A stretch of 64,000 nt of DNA from Deltaproteobacteria bacterium HGW-Deltaproteobacteria-2 (GTDB lineage: Bacteria; Desulfobacterota; Syntrophia; Syntrophales; Smithellaceae): contig PHBC01000003.1 in NCBI GenBank assembly GCA_002840505.1, positions 569,340 to 633,339 on the forward strand, read 5' to 3'. Below the pieces are notes generated by a model that was given only the letters and a program-made list of their open reading frames with translations, made no database searches and was not told the DNA's origin. This document shows, piece by piece, positions 1 to 10,446 of this stretch; the stretch's first letter is position 1, and each line of letters opens with the position of its first letter. Both the position numbers and the translations under genes were made by a program.

Positions 1-2
1 AC

Positions 3-935
3 ACAAAAACAGCCATAGCACATTTAGCCAATGCAAAAAATGTCATGGCGATTATTGCCGTTACCGGAGGGGCAGAAGCCATGGATGCGGCTCGCGAAGC
101 AGATAAGTGGAAAGTCCCATTAATCTTAATAACACCAAAAGAAGGAGTGACGTCTGCAGGCGAATATGTTTTTCAGAATTTCCTGACCCCCAGACAGCAA
201 ATCAAAGCTCTGGCAAAGTACGCGCTGGATGATTTGAATTGCGCAATATTTTCCGCTTTATATCCACAGGATGATTATGGCAAGGAAATGGCAAAAATCT
301 TTCAGGAGGAGGTAATACGTCTGGGCGGCAAGGTGGAAAAAGCAATTCCCTACGACATAAATCAAGCGGATTTTAGAGAAGAAATTAGCAAATTAACCGG
401 AGTCAAAGTCAGCGCTCCGCAAAGAAAAGGGACCAATCAAGAAGAAAATAAAGACACCATTTCCGTTGATTTTGAAGCTTTGTTTATTCCCGATTCTTAT
501 ACGCGTGCAAAATTGATCGCTTCACAACTTGATTTTTATAATGTAAAAGGCTTTAACCTTTTAGGCACAAGTTTATGGCATTCGTCGAATTTACTGAAAA
601 ATGACGCACAATATCTGGAAGGAGCCATCTTTGTTGATAGTTTTTTTGCCCATAGTTCTTATCTGGAAACAATTAACTTTGTTGAAGTTTATTACAAAAA
701 ATATAAACGTGAACCGGAAAACATTGAAGCGCTCGCTTACGATACAGCCGCAATAATCACAGGCACTCTGGATAATAAAGAAATTAAAACACGCGGACAA
801 TTTGCCGCGGCTTTGAATAAAGCGGAAAATTACAATGGAGCAACAGGAAACTTTTATTTTGATTCAAACAGAGTCGCTCAAAAGACTGCTTTTATATTGA
901 GAGTTGAAAACGGACAATTGGAACAAGTTAAATAG
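3..935 (+). CDS. Penicillin-binding protein activator LpoA-like / type-1 periplasmic binding protein, 5'-partial
   Basis: Frame is open from the window edge (TKTAIAHLANAKNVMAII...). PBP1-type motifs LYPQDDYG, FEALFIPDS, LLGTSLW, EALAYD, GATGNFYF. Confidence 0.7.
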   Translation, partial: TKTAIAHLANAKNVMAIIAVTGGAEAMDAAREADKWKVPLILITPKEGVTSAGEYVFQNFLTPRQQIKALAKYALDDLNCAIFSALYPQDDYGKEMAKIFQEEVIRLGGKVEKAIPYDINQADFREEISKLTGVKVSAPQRKGTNQEENKDTISVDFEALFIPDSYTRAKLIASQLDFYNVKGFNLLGTSLWHSSNLLKNDAQYLEGAIFVDSFFAHSSYLETINFVEVYYKKYKREPENIEALAYDTAAIITGTLDNKEIKTRGQFAAALNKAENYNGATGNFYFDSNRVAQKTAFILRVENGQLEQVK

Positions 936-958
936 GGTCAAGGGGCAAAGATTAGAGG

Positions 959-1735
959 ATGAAAAATATACGATTTTTACTTACCAACGATGATGGAATT
1001 TACGCCAAAGGATTGAGTGCTCTTTACGCCGAGCTTTCCAAAGAAGCGGATTGCCTGATTGTTGCGCCGGAGACAGAACAAAGCGCAGTGGGACATGCCA
1101 TTACAATTTCTCGTCCCCTGATGGTGCGCCGCGCTACCAAAAATGATAAATTTCTAGGATACGCAGTCTGCGGCACACCGGCAGACTGTGTAAAAATAGG
1201 AATCACGGAATTATCTGATGAACCGATTGATTTGGTTGTCTCCGGAATCAACAGAGGGGGCAACGCCGGCATTAATGTTCTCTATTCTGGAACAGTCTCC
1301 GCCGCAACCGAAGGGGCAATTTTGGGATTTCCCTCTATGGCTGTTTCTCTGGACACTCACAAAGAAGCCGATTTTACTTATGCCGCAAAATTTGCCCGTA
1401 AGATGACCCGATTAATACTGAGTAATCCTCAAAAACTCAAAGGAAGTGCAATTAATGTCAATATTCCGTGTCTTCCTCCTGAAAAAATCAAAGGCGTCGT
1501 TGTTGTCCGGCAAGCTCAAAGCAATATTGTCGAAACTTTTGAAAAACGCACAGATCCGCGAGAAAATATTTACTACTGGTTTGCCAGCGAATCTCAATCC
1601 GCCCGCAAGCAGAAAGATACTGATGTCGGCGCGCTGGCTGCAGGCTTCATAACAATCACACCAATTCATTACGATCTGACCAGACATGATTTGCTCGACA
1701 CTCTCAAAGACGCCATAAAGCAAGGCAATTTATAA
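959..1735 (+). CDS. surE: 5'/3'-nucleotidase SurE
   Basis: LLTNDDGIYAKG, EQSAVGHAIT, GTPADCV, SGINRGGNAG, YSGTVSAA motifs. Confidence 0.97.
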   Translation: MKNIRFLLTNDDGIYAKGLSALYAELSKEADCLIVAPETEQSAVGHAITISRPLMVRRATKNDKFLGYAVCGTPADCVKIGITELSDEPIDLVVSGINRGGNAGINVLYSGTVSAATEGAILGFPSMAVSLDTHKEADFTYAAKFARKMTRLILSNPQKLKGSAINVNIPCLPPEKIKGVVVVRQAQSNIVETFEKRTDPRENIYYWFASESQSARKQKDTDVGALAAGFITITPIHYDLTRHDLLDTLKDAIKQGNL

Positions 1736-1760
1736 TTGAATCATTTTGAATTATTTTCCG

Positions 1761-2615
1761 TTAACGGATGAGAAAAACGGGAATCGGGCTTTTGCGGATA
1801 ACGTGAGATGTGGTGCTGCCCAGGAAAAATTCGCGCAGGCGATTGTGGCCGTAGGCTCCCATAACCATTAATTCCACCGATCCTTCGCGGATGAACTTGA
1901 TTATTTCATCGGGTTCCTTGCCGGAGAGGATTATTGTTTCGCAATCGGCTATCGGGGGTTCATCCGGATCTTTTTGATTTGCTTCCTCGACCTGAGCAAT
2001 TAAAGCTGCCGCTTTTTTGGAATCCGGCGTGATAATGATAACTGTCAACGGCCAGGCGTTTTGTTGGGATAATTTCAGGGAAAGATCAAGTGCCTTGGTA
2101 GCGGAGGCGCTCCCGTCGAAGGCAAGAGCCATGCTTTCAATTTCTATAAAATGCTCAGGTGTGACCAGAACTGGTTTGCCCGAATTGCGCGTAACGGCTT
2201 CGGCAACCGATCCAAGAAGTCCGCCCTCCTTCAGGTGAAAGTTTTCCCCTTTTTTCGCCATCAGAATCAAATCCGCGTTTTGAGCTTCTTCGATTATTAC
2301 CGAACTGATTTTGCCGATTACTTTTTTTACTTCGGCTTTTATTCCATTCTTCTGACAGCGCTCCTGAAATTCTTTCAGGATAAAGTCGGCTTTTTCATCT
2401 AAAGATTTTTCAATGGCTTCGAAGAACCCTTCATAAGGCGGCATTCCGACTGAACCGGAAATATCGGTGAGCATCGGCCCCTGGATCAGGTTAACATCAA
2501 TAACATAGAGACCGGTCAGGGAGGCTTCCAGTTTACGGGCAATATAAATTCCGTATTTAAGAGCTGTAAGACTGTTGACGGAACCATCGGTGGGGATGAG
2601 AATTTTTTTTATCAT
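1761..2615 (-). CDS. Universal stress protein (tandem USP domains)
   Basis: ILIPTDGS...GLLGSVAEAV...PVLV, then AFDGS...VMGAYGHNRLREFFLGSTTSHVI...PVFLIR. Confidence 0.93.
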   Translation of the reverse strand: MIKKILIPTDGSVNSLTALKYGIYIARKLEASLTGLYVIDVNLIQGPMLTDISGSVGMPPYEGFFEAIEKSLDEKADFILKEFQERCQKNGIKAEVKKVIGKISSVIIEEAQNADLILMAKKGENFHLKEGGLLGSVAEAVTRNSGKPVLVTPEHFIEIESMALAFDGSASATKALDLSLKLSQQNAWPLTVIIITPDSKKAAALIAQVEEANQKDPDEPPIADCETIILSGKEPDEIIKFIREGSVELMVMGAYGHNRLREFFLGSTTSHVIRKSPIPVFLIR

Positions 2616-2643
2616 GGTAACTCCTTTTAAAAAAGAGACATGA

Positions 2644-3315
2644 TTATTTTTGTTTTTCGTCGAAATGCTTCAAATCCTGGAGTAAACCAGCAACTTCATG
2701 TTCTTCCCAGATACGGGAAGAGCCGTTTTCTTCATTATCTGAATCCTGATTTCCGGCGCTGATTTCAGTAAAAACAAGAAACTCTCCTTTAAAATTCCCG
2801 TTTTTATAAGTAGCCTTTTCTTTTATCTGGCCGCTTCTGAAATAAGCAAAATATTCGCCTTCCCTTTTATCATTTTTAAAAAATCCCTTTTCCTTAATCT
2901 GCCCGTTCTTATAGTAGCAAATATAGTCACCTTCAAATTTATCGTTCTTGAAATTCTCTTCTTCTTTTAATTGTCCATTTTTATAAAAAATCTGATATTT
3001 GCCGTTGAGCCTGCCATGTTTGTAATATTCCCGTTCCCTGATATTCCCGTTTTGATAATAAGAAGTATATTCGCCTTCCATTCGGCCATTAATATAATTT
3101 ACCTTCTCTCTTATCAGGCCGTCGTTATAATAAGTCGCTGCGGGGCCATTCTTTCTGCCGTGAACAAAATTAATCTGTGCCAGTATTTGACCATTTTTAT
3201 AATAAGAAGTGTATTCACCTTCCAGCTTACCATTCTTGATAAATTTTTTTTCTCTTATAGATCCATCGGAGAAAAACAATTTTTGTTCTTCGGCAGTTGT
3301 ATTTGTTTTAGCCAT
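2644..3315 (-). CDS. MORN-variant repeat protein (YwqK-like)
   Basis: About seven ~24-aa repeats of the type GEYTSYYKNGQI..K..F.NG, followed by an acidic tail. Confidence 0.85.
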   Translation of the reverse strand: MAKTNTTAEEQKLFFSDGSIREKKFIKNGKLEGEYTSYYKNGQILAQINFVHGRKNGPAATYYNDGLIREKVNYINGRMEGEYTSYYQNGNIREREYYKHGRLNGKYQIFYKNGQLKEEENFKNDKFEGDYICYYKNGQIKEKGFFKNDKREGEYFAYFRSGQIKEKATYKNGNFKGEFLVFTEISAGNQDSDNEENGSSRIWEEHEVAGLLQDLKHFDEKQK

Positions 3316-3473
3316 AAAAATATCATCTCTTTTAAAGCTTTTAACTTTATTTAATCATTTTAAACTCGGAAGGATAATCCTTGGTTGATAAATTTCCCTA
3401 TTAAAAGATATACTATTTTAAAAGATTAAGACATTGCTTTTTTTAAACAATCATTTATGATAATGCAACTAAA

Positions 3474-3565
3474 ATTAATGAGACTCGACAGAAACGAATC
3501 CCGACGAGTCGGGATAATTCGCTCTAAGATTTTTACCCTTTTGGTAAAAATCAAGGCTCATTAAT
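3474..3565. repeat. Small MITE-like palindromic element
   Basis: Terminal inverted repeat ATTAATGAG/CTCATTAAT. Internal hairpins ATCCCGAC-ga-GTCGGGAT (3498-3515) and GATTTTTACC/GGTAAAAATC (3528-3552). Confidence 0.55.
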
Positions 3566-3662
3566 AAATTTAGTTTAATTTTTTTAGAAAAAAAGATATT
3601 ACAATCTTCTGATCGGATATATTATAAAACAGTTGGAAGTTTATAATAAAGAGTTATAATTA

Positions 3663-4856
3663 ATGTTCAATCCTAATTTAGACACAACAAGCGTAGCTAT
3701 TATCGGTCCGGGCCGTTTAGGCACATCTTTTGCGTACAAATTCGGCCGGGACAACAAACGTGTGGCCATTTATTACCACGATCCGGAAGTATGCAAGGCA
3801 ATAAACAGTGACCATCTAAATCCTCTGCATCTGACCGAAGATCTTGCTAATCGTCTGGGCGGGATGGATAACGTTCCCCGTCTTTCCAACAAAGTGTATG
3901 CAACAAACGACCTGGAACACATTGTCGAAAACAATGATTTTATCATTCTGGCCATAACCATGAATCGCCTGCCGGAATTCCTTAATTATCTCAAGCCGAT
4001 GATTGACAAAAAAGCGGGTGACACATGCCTTGTTTCGCCGATCAAAGGTTTGATTTCCGACGAAATATCCAAAAAGCTGATAACGCCTTCGCAACTAATC
4101 AACAATAATTTGTATAATTTAAAACACAAATATCAGATAGCCTGCATTGGCGGACCGTTTTTTGACATTGATATAGCATTGGGAAACCCCGTTTGTTTAA
4201 CAGTCGCCGGCAAGAGACGCATTGCTAATCTCATCAGAGAAGATTTGTTTAAATTCAACCGCAACGAAATCAATTCATATTATAATTTTGACATTGTCGG
4301 CGTGGAAGCCTGCGGCGCTTTAAAAAACATTGTGGCAAATATTAAAGGGCTGGCGGATTCGCTTAAGATGGGAGACTCGATTCCGGGAACTATATTTGCC
4401 CGTTCCGGTGTAGAAATTCGTTCGTTATCCCGTCTTTTAGGAGGAGGATTTCAGGCATTCCACAGCCAGGCAGGAGTCGGCGATTTGTATGTGACTGTTT
4501 CATCTCTGGCCAGTAAAAATTATCGCTACGGTAAATATTTCTATGAGCTCTATACAGGCAATCCTATCGAAACCAACTTGCGTGTGCTGGAAAAAATTGA
4601 TGGGACTCCCGAAGGTCCCAATACAGTCAGAAACGTTTATAAATATTTAGAAAAGAAAAACATGTACAGCCCTCTTTTTTCCTGCGCCTACCGGATATTT
4701 AACGAACCTGGTAACAAAGACACCATTAAAGAAATGATCATTCAAGCCTGCCAGAATGATAAAAGAACTAAAGAATATATCAGCCAGGCGTCCAGAATTA
4801 TGTACCGTATTTTCCCCAATTACTGGTACCGTCGTGATAAAGGGTTTTTCGACTAG
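3663..4856 (+). CDS. gpsA: NAD(P)H-dependent glycerol-3-phosphate dehydrogenase family protein (divergent)
   Basis: N-terminal Rossmann GPGRLG, DIVGVEACGALKNIVA, AGVGDLYVT..S..SKNYRYG, EG..TV. Confidence 0.75.
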   Translation: MFNPNLDTTSVAIIGPGRLGTSFAYKFGRDNKRVAIYYHDPEVCKAINSDHLNPLHLTEDLANRLGGMDNVPRLSNKVYATNDLEHIVENNDFIILAITMNRLPEFLNYLKPMIDKKAGDTCLVSPIKGLISDEISKKLITPSQLINNNLYNLKHKYQIACIGGPFFDIDIALGNPVCLTVAGKRRIANLIREDLFKFNRNEINSYYNFDIVGVEACGALKNIVANIKGLADSLKMGDSIPGTIFARSGVEIRSLSRLLGGGFQAFHSQAGVGDLYVTVSSLASKNYRYGKYFYELYTGNPIETNLRVLEKIDGTPEGPNTVRNVYKYLEKKNMYSPLFSCAYRIFNEPGNKDTIKEMIIQACQNDKRTKEYISQASRIMYRIFPNYWYRRDKGFFD

Positions 4857-4860
4857 AAAA

Positions 4861-5211
4861 TCATTTTAATTCTTCTTCGCTGACTATTTCCGTTTTAATC
4901 ATCGTGATGAGTTCCTGAAAGACTGGCAAAACATCCTTGCGAAAACGACCGGCCACACAAACATTCATAATGTCGTCGCCTATTTTAAGATGGCCTTCAT
5001 TAATCCATGCCTTGATTTCGACAATGCCGTCTCTTTTTTTAAATTCATCAACAACGGTTTTGAGCTTTGCCTTATCGTAGGAAAGATTCATCGCCTGAAC
5101 CTTCCCGCCGTTTTTCGCTGTCGCCCTCACTATCCCATTATGCAAAAGAATCATACCGAGCATATCCGGCGGAGATTCTTTTTTTATTTCCTTTATCCAC
5201 TTATCAATCAT
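4861..5211 (-). CDS. moaE: Molybdopterin synthase catalytic subunit MoaE-like
   Basis: GMILLHNGIVR...GHLKIGDDIMNVCVAGRFR; short deltaproteobacterial form. Confidence 0.8.
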   Translation of the reverse strand: MIDKWIKEIKKESPPDMLGMILLHNGIVRATAKNGGKVQAMNLSYDKAKLKTVVDEFKKRDGIVEIKAWINEGHLKIGDDIMNVCVAGRFRKDVLPVFQELITMIKTEIVSEEELK

Positions 5212-5286
5212 ATAAATACTCCTTGATCATAATATGGCTATTTACAAATCAAAACATTTGCAAACCTGCATTAAGCTAACAGTCAT

Positions 5287-5394
5287 GTCATACCGGCCAT
5301 AGATGACCATTAGGTTACGAAGACCGGCGGTGTGCCACTGAGGGTATATCCAGTATTATCAAGCTTCCTGGATTCCCGCCTTCGCGGGAATGAC
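5287..5394. repeat. Gene-less inverted pair of GTCAT-type REP-like palindromes
   Basis: Right arm 5368-5394 CTGGATTCCCGCCTTCGCGGGAATGAC is identical to 23952-23978. Left arm GTCATACCGGC...TATCCAG (5287-5353) is an interrupted version of 18009-18035. Confidence 0.8.
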
Positions 5395-5423
5395 GAATAG
5401 AGTAATTTTGCAAAGATTTCAAA

Positions 5424-7607
5424 TCAGTTGCCGGATGACACTTTTTCTAAAAACATCAAAACCATTGCATTAACTTCATCCGCTCCCTCTCCCCGCAATA
5501 TTCCATGGTGTTTGGCATAAACTCTGAGAAGCTGTTTGTCCTTTGTGCCAAGCTTTTCAAAAATTTCCAGTCCGCTCACCGGATTCACTACCGGATCATC
5601 TGAACCTTGTATGATAAGAGCAGGGCCCTTTACATTTTTAAGTTGATCTTCGACTTGCTTCATCAGTTTTTCCAGTTCGTTGCTTCCGCTCACCGGGTTG
5701 CGCACATAGTTTATATCAGGATTTTCCGGCGCATTGTCCACGAATTCCATTTTAACCTTATTCACATGAATTTTTGAAAGCAACTTATTCCATAAGTTAA
5801 CAACAGGTGCAAATTTGGAGGCAATGCTCTTCAGTTTGAGAGGAGCATTTATAGCTATAACTCCGGCAAATTTGCCCGGCTTATTGGCCGCCTGCAGCAG
5901 AGCAATTCCGCCACCCATGGAAAATCCACAGATGGAGAAAGTCTTAACGCTGTTTTTCATGATAATGTAAGCACGACTTGCGGAATTGTACCATTTTTGC
6001 CAGCTACGGATGGCAAGATCTTCTGGCGCTGTACCATGTCCACGCAACCGGACACCGTAAACATTATATCCGTTCTTATAAAGATAATCCGCCAACGGTC
6101 TGATTTCTTCCGGCGCCGCCAGATATCCATGAACCAGAATAACTCCCTTTCTGCTAAAAAACCTCTTCAGGAAAAAAGTCTCCCCAATATTCCTGGGCTT
6201 ACTCTCATCTTTTATGTAATACTTCTGATAATCCTGTTCAAATAGATCCTTGTCCAGTCTGATAAAATGATTTCTTATCTTCCACCGGACAAAGAAAGCA
6301 GGGAGAAACATAAGTCTATCCATAGCTCTTGTTAAATCACGAAGAGGCTCTATTTCGTTTCTGAGAACTTCAATGATATTATCTCTCCTGATGGTATGAA
6401 AATCAGATCTTCTGCCGAATCGTTCGCTATTTTTAGTGATTATTCCATTTTCCAATTTAATGTAGTTGCTGGATACGCTTTCTCTTATAAAATTTTCATA
6501 TTTTTCATGATAATCATCATTAAGAAGATAAAGCTGTTTTTTATAAAGAGAGGTGTGACAATTGGATACACCGATTTTACGCAAATATTCGATGGCAAGA
6601 AAAACACGATTTTTGAAGTCGTCTTCACTGAAACTGTTTTTCCAATATTTTGTCAAAATATAAGAAAACAGATGATCATGATTAACAGTCGTCATACCGT
6701 ATATGGCATTCATATAATCATATCTCATGCTGACGCATAATTTTTTGAAAGGTACGAATTTTTTAAACTCCTCCGGATTCAGGTAAGGATTATTATCCGC
6801 CAGCATCTTACTCATCCCGGAACTTGCAGCTATATATTTTTTTACCGGCATCGGTTTCCCGAAGTTAATATCAATATCCACCTTGCCCAGTATCATGGGA
6901 CCTTCAACTTCCAGTTCCTCCTGAAAACGCGTCGAAATATTATTAATAAACCGATTGGCAAGCTTGCTTACAGCGTTTTCCTGTGCGCGGACAGGATAAT
7001 AGGTGATGTTCACTGGCACAATATAAGTTTCTTTATTTATAATTTTGTCTACATCTGCAGGATCGAACCCGAAGTGCTCCGCGATACGGGCGATGGATGA
7101 ACTATCGCCGCGGGAACGGAAGTTTCGCAATTTTTCACGTATAAATTCGGTTCGCAAAGCGATTTGCGCTGCTCCGGAGTGAGGCGGCCTTCTTATACCT
7201 GCGTTGTAAACTATATGTTTGCCTTTCTCGATGATCTTCTTATCCTTTATTATCTGGCCTTCCGGAAAAATAATGACCGGGTGGCTGTCGGTGAAAAGTG
7301 CGTTGATAAAAATTTTATCCCTGTTTGGATTAACGGTGGAAATTGCGCCTACCTTATCCATAAAAGTGCTCATTTCACCGCTAAAAAAGGAATGGTGCGC
7401 CAGAGAAATGGGATATTTTTTAATACTCTTTTTGATTATATATGGCATTAAGATTGTTTCTAAACGCGTAAAGTGATTGATGACATAGAGTACGGGCTGA
7501 TCAGGCACGTTCTGGGTTCCGTGCAGGCGTATGTCCGTCCCCGATACCTTAATTAAGGTAGCAAGAGCGACTTCAATTGTTTTAATCAAAGAGACTGATA
7601 TATTCAT
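5424..7607 (-). CDS. PlsC/PlsB-like acyltransferase fused to a C-terminal alpha/beta hydrolase (esterase/lipase)
   Basis: N-terminal NHFTRLE and IFPEG acyltransferase motifs. C-terminal LVHGY, GHGT, GFSMGG nucleophile elbow, DDPVV, H. Confidence 0.85.
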   Translation of the reverse strand: MNISVSLIKTIEVALATLIKVSGTDIRLHGTQNVPDQPVLYVINHFTRLETILMPYIIKKSIKKYPISLAHHSFFSGEMSTFMDKVGAISTVNPNRDKIFINALFTDSHPVIIFPEGQIIKDKKIIEKGKHIVYNAGIRRPPHSGAAQIALRTEFIREKLRNFRSRGDSSSIARIAEHFGFDPADVDKIINKETYIVPVNITYYPVRAQENAVSKLANRFINNISTRFQEELEVEGPMILGKVDIDINFGKPMPVKKYIAASSGMSKMLADNNPYLNPEEFKKFVPFKKLCVSMRYDYMNAIYGMTTVNHDHLFSYILTKYWKNSFSEDDFKNRVFLAIEYLRKIGVSNCHTSLYKKQLYLLNDDYHEKYENFIRESVSSNYIKLENGIITKNSERFGRRSDFHTIRRDNIIEVLRNEIEPLRDLTRAMDRLMFLPAFFVRWKIRNHFIRLDKDLFEQDYQKYYIKDESKPRNIGETFFLKRFFSRKGVILVHGYLAAPEEIRPLADYLYKNGYNVYGVRLRGHGTAPEDLAIRSWQKWYNSASRAYIIMKNSVKTFSICGFSMGGGIALLQAANKPGKFAGVIAINAPLKLKSIASKFAPVVNLWNKLLSKIHVNKVKMEFVDNAPENPDINYVRNPVSGSNELEKLMKQVEDQLKNVKGPALIIQGSDDPVVNPVSGLEIFEKLGTKDKQLLRVYAKHHGILRGEGADEVNAMVLMFLEKVSSGN

Positions 7608-7647
7608 TATTCCTGGCTTTCGCTTTTCTGCATTTGTTGTTGAAACT

Positions 7648-7737
7648 CCAATTCCGAAAGCGTAGCGTAGCGGAATTGGTAAGTTGAATCCCGACGCTAT
7701 CGGGACACAGCGGAGGGTTTAATACTCCGCGGCTTGC
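7648..7737. repeat. Cluster of three short hairpins (REP/MITE remnant)
   Basis: CCAATTCCG/CGGAATTGG, TCCCGA-cgcta-TCGGGA, GCGGAG/CTCCGC. Confidence 0.45.
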
Positions 7738-7745
7738 TTTTGGGT

Positions 7746-8546
7746 TTATACCCGTGATTTTATATCTGCCGCCACTCTCTTCAATATATCCGGGTTGTTG
7801 GTAAAAATCCCGCTGACACCCATATTAATAAATCGTTTCATATTCCTCGCGTCATTGACGGTGTAAATATTGACAGGAATATTATTTAATTCAATGTCTG
7901 CGAGCCACTTTTTTTTAAAATAAGAGCCGGAACAATTAAAGGCGTCGGCTCCCAGTGACTCCATTATATCCGAAGGCAATTTAGAACCATAGTGTTTTTT
8001 TTCAAACAACACCGCTACTGCCGCGGTGTTGTCTATTTGTTTTAAGTGCATAATCGCACGTGGATCAAAACTGGAAAACACCACATGCCCATTCATGCCG
8101 CTTTGTTCAACAATCTTCAGACATTTTTCCTCAATGCCGCCGAAGAATTTTTTACTTACTGCTTCCGTTTTGATTTCAATATTTACCGCGATTTTATTTT
8201 TGCAAAAATCCAAAACTTCAGCCAGCGTAGGTATTATTGTGTTTATAAAATCTTTATCGAACCAACTGCCCGCGTCCAGTTTTTTCAACGACGCAAGTGT
8301 ATAATCGGCAATCCTGCCCCGTCCATCAGTGCAGCGACTTATTTTTTCATCGTGAAAGACAACAACTTCTTTGTCCGAGGTAAGCTGAACATCCAGCTCA
8401 ACCATATCCGCTCCCATTTCAATCGCGCCTTCAAACGAAGGAAGTGTGTTTTCAGGATAATAAGCCGAGGCTCCGCGATGAGCGATAATGGTAAAATTAT
8501 CGCCATCTTGGTAGTTATACTTAAATAGATGATATGGTTTGCCCAT
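7746..8546 (-). CDS. Glycerophosphodiester phosphodiesterase
   Basis: IIAHRGASAYYPENT, ELDVQLT, NIEIK, YTVN, IFTN. Start trimmed to ATG 8546 to avoid a long overlap with kefC. Confidence 0.92.
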   Translation of the reverse strand: MGKPYHLFKYNYQDGDNFTIIAHRGASAYYPENTLPSFEGAIEMGADMVELDVQLTSDKEVVVFHDEKISRCTDGRGRIADYTLASLKKLDAGSWFDKDFINTIIPTLAEVLDFCKNKIAVNIEIKTEAVSKKFFGGIEEKCLKIVEQSGMNGHVVFSSFDPRAIMHLKQIDNTAAVAVLFEKKHYGSKLPSDIMESLGADAFNCSGSYFKKKWLADIELNNIPVNIYTVNDARNMKRFINMGVSGIFTNNPDILKRVAADIKSRV

Positions 8547-8568
8547 AGTTTTTTTCAGACGTCCTTTT

Positions 8569-10446
8569 TCAATTATTCCCGTTATCTGATTTCTCTTCAA
8601 ACGAATCACTGTCCCAGGCGTGATCGTTGATATTCGGATTCACTTCCCTGTCTTTATTCAGCATTTGTTCCTGTATCTGAATTTGTTCGCGCGTAGTGAA
8701 AATATAATCGCTCTGATCATGACGATGGCGGGCAAGCTCTCGCAGCGCAGCTTCATCATATTTGATAAAATTTTGGCTGGCGCGAACAGCGCTGTATTTG
8801 CGAAAACCAAGTTTAGTCAAAACATCAACACCCAGCCGCAAGGATGTATCCAGCGATTCTCTGTAAACATCATTTATTCCCATGTCAAGCAATTCATATG
8901 CATCCAGACGGCTTTTGGCGCGCACCATAACAGTCAGATTGGGAAATATTTTTTTTGTTTTTTCCACCAGATCGAAATTAATCTCCGGCGAATCAATGGC
9001 GGCAATAAGAATCCGGGCTTCACCTGCGCCGGCTGATTTCAGAATATCGACACGGGTAGCATCTCCATAGAATACCTTGAAACCCATTTTTCGCAGTAGA
9101 TCAACTCTATCAGAATCATTATCCAAAATAGTAGCCCTGATGCCGCTGGCTCGCAGAAACCTGCCCAGCGTGCTGCCGAAATGGCCAAACCCGGCAATAA
9201 TAACAGGATTGCTCTCATCAATCGTATCAGCTTCCTTTTCTTCCTTTTCCTTAGTGCCGAAATAAGGAAGAATAAATCGTTCATTAACCAAAAGCAATAA
9301 AGGTGTCACCGTCATGGTAATCGCCGTTACGCCCATCATCATGTCAGTCCATCGGGCGGATAAAATATTGAGTTGATGAATAAAAGAAAAAAGAACAAAG
9401 GCAAATTCTCCCACCTGTGCCAGTCCTAAAGTAAACAATAAATTTTGATCAAAGCTAAGCCGGATTAACGATCCGCCGGCAAACAGCACCGCTGCCTTGA
9501 TTACAATGATTGAAGAAACCAAAGCGATTATCGTCCAGGGATTGCTGACAATCAAACTGAAGTTGATGGAAGCACCGACGGCAATAAAAAACAACCCAAG
9601 CAAAATACCTTTAAAAGGTTCAATGTCGCTTTCCAGTTCATGCCGGAATTCACTGTTGGCCAGAACTACACCGGCCAGAAATGTGCCCAGTGCAGGGCTT
9701 AAGCCTACCAGCATCATTATACAGGCAGTACCGATAATAATAAAAAGAGATGCCGCCGTAAATAACTCTCGTAAATGAATACGGGCAATAAAACGCAGGA
9801 AAGGAACAATCACAAAACGGCCGCAAAGAATAACCAATCCGACTGCACCCAGAAGTGTCAGTGTCTGCGCCCAGCCGGACATATTGGAAAGTATAGTGGC
9901 ATGTTCATTGGTTTGCGAATGCGAACCTGACAATGCCAGAAGAGGCAAGAGCGCCAGAATGGGAATAACGGAAATATCCTGAAAAAGCAACACAGCGAAA
10001 GAACTCTTCCCCGACTCCGTTTTTGTTAATCCCTTTTCTCTGAGAGTTTGCATGACTATAGCTGTTGAAGACATAGATATTGCCAAACCGCTCGCCAGTG
10101 AGGCCTGCCAGGTGAATCCGAAGAAAAATAAAAGCGCGAATATTAATATTGTCGTTGCGCATAATTGCAGCGAACCCGTCCCCAAAATCAAATTACGCAT
10201 CCGCCAGAAATGCGATGGCTCCAACTCCAATCCGATGAGAAAAAGCATCATCACGACGCCGAATTCGGCGAAATGCATAATGTCTTTCCCTTCCTGACCG
10301 ACAAAGCCCAAAAAGAATGGACCGATGATTATACCGCCCAATAGATAACCGAGCACCGAACCCATACCCAGTTTTTTAGCTATCGGAACAAAGACTATAG
10401 CAGCAGCCAGATATATCAGAGCATCTCTCATAAAAGTGCTGATCAT
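8569..10446 (-). CDS. kefC: Glutathione-regulated K+ efflux antiporter KefC/KefB (CPA2)
   Basis: AEFGVVMMLFLIGLEL, LLFQD, HELESDIEPFKGILLGLFF, and a KTN domain (IAGFGHFG, YGDATR). Confidence 0.92.
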   Translation of the reverse strand: MISTFMRDALIYLAAAIVFVPIAKKLGMGSVLGYLLGGIIIGPFFLGFVGQEGKDIMHFAEFGVVMMLFLIGLELEPSHFWRMRNLILGTGSLQLCATTILIFALLFFFGFTWQASLASGLAISMSSTAIVMQTLREKGLTKTESGKSSFAVLLFQDISVIPILALLPLLALSGSHSQTNEHATILSNMSGWAQTLTLLGAVGLVILCGRFVIVPFLRFIARIHLRELFTAASLFIIIGTACIMMLVGLSPALGTFLAGVVLANSEFRHELESDIEPFKGILLGLFFIAVGASINFSLIVSNPWTIIALVSSIIVIKAAVLFAGGSLIRLSFDQNLLFTLGLAQVGEFAFVLFSFIHQLNILSARWTDMMMGVTAITMTVTPLLLLVNERFILPYFGTKEKEEKEADTIDESNPVIIAGFGHFGSTLGRFLRASGIRATILDNDSDRVDLLRKMGFKVFYGDATRVDILKSAGAGEARILIAAIDSPEINFDLVEKTKKIFPNLTVMVRAKSRLDAYELLDMGINDVYRESLDTSLRLGVDVLTKLGFRKYSAVRASQNFIKYDEAALRELARHRHDQSDYIFTTREQIQIQEQMLNKDREVNPNINDHAWDSDSFEEKSDNGNN

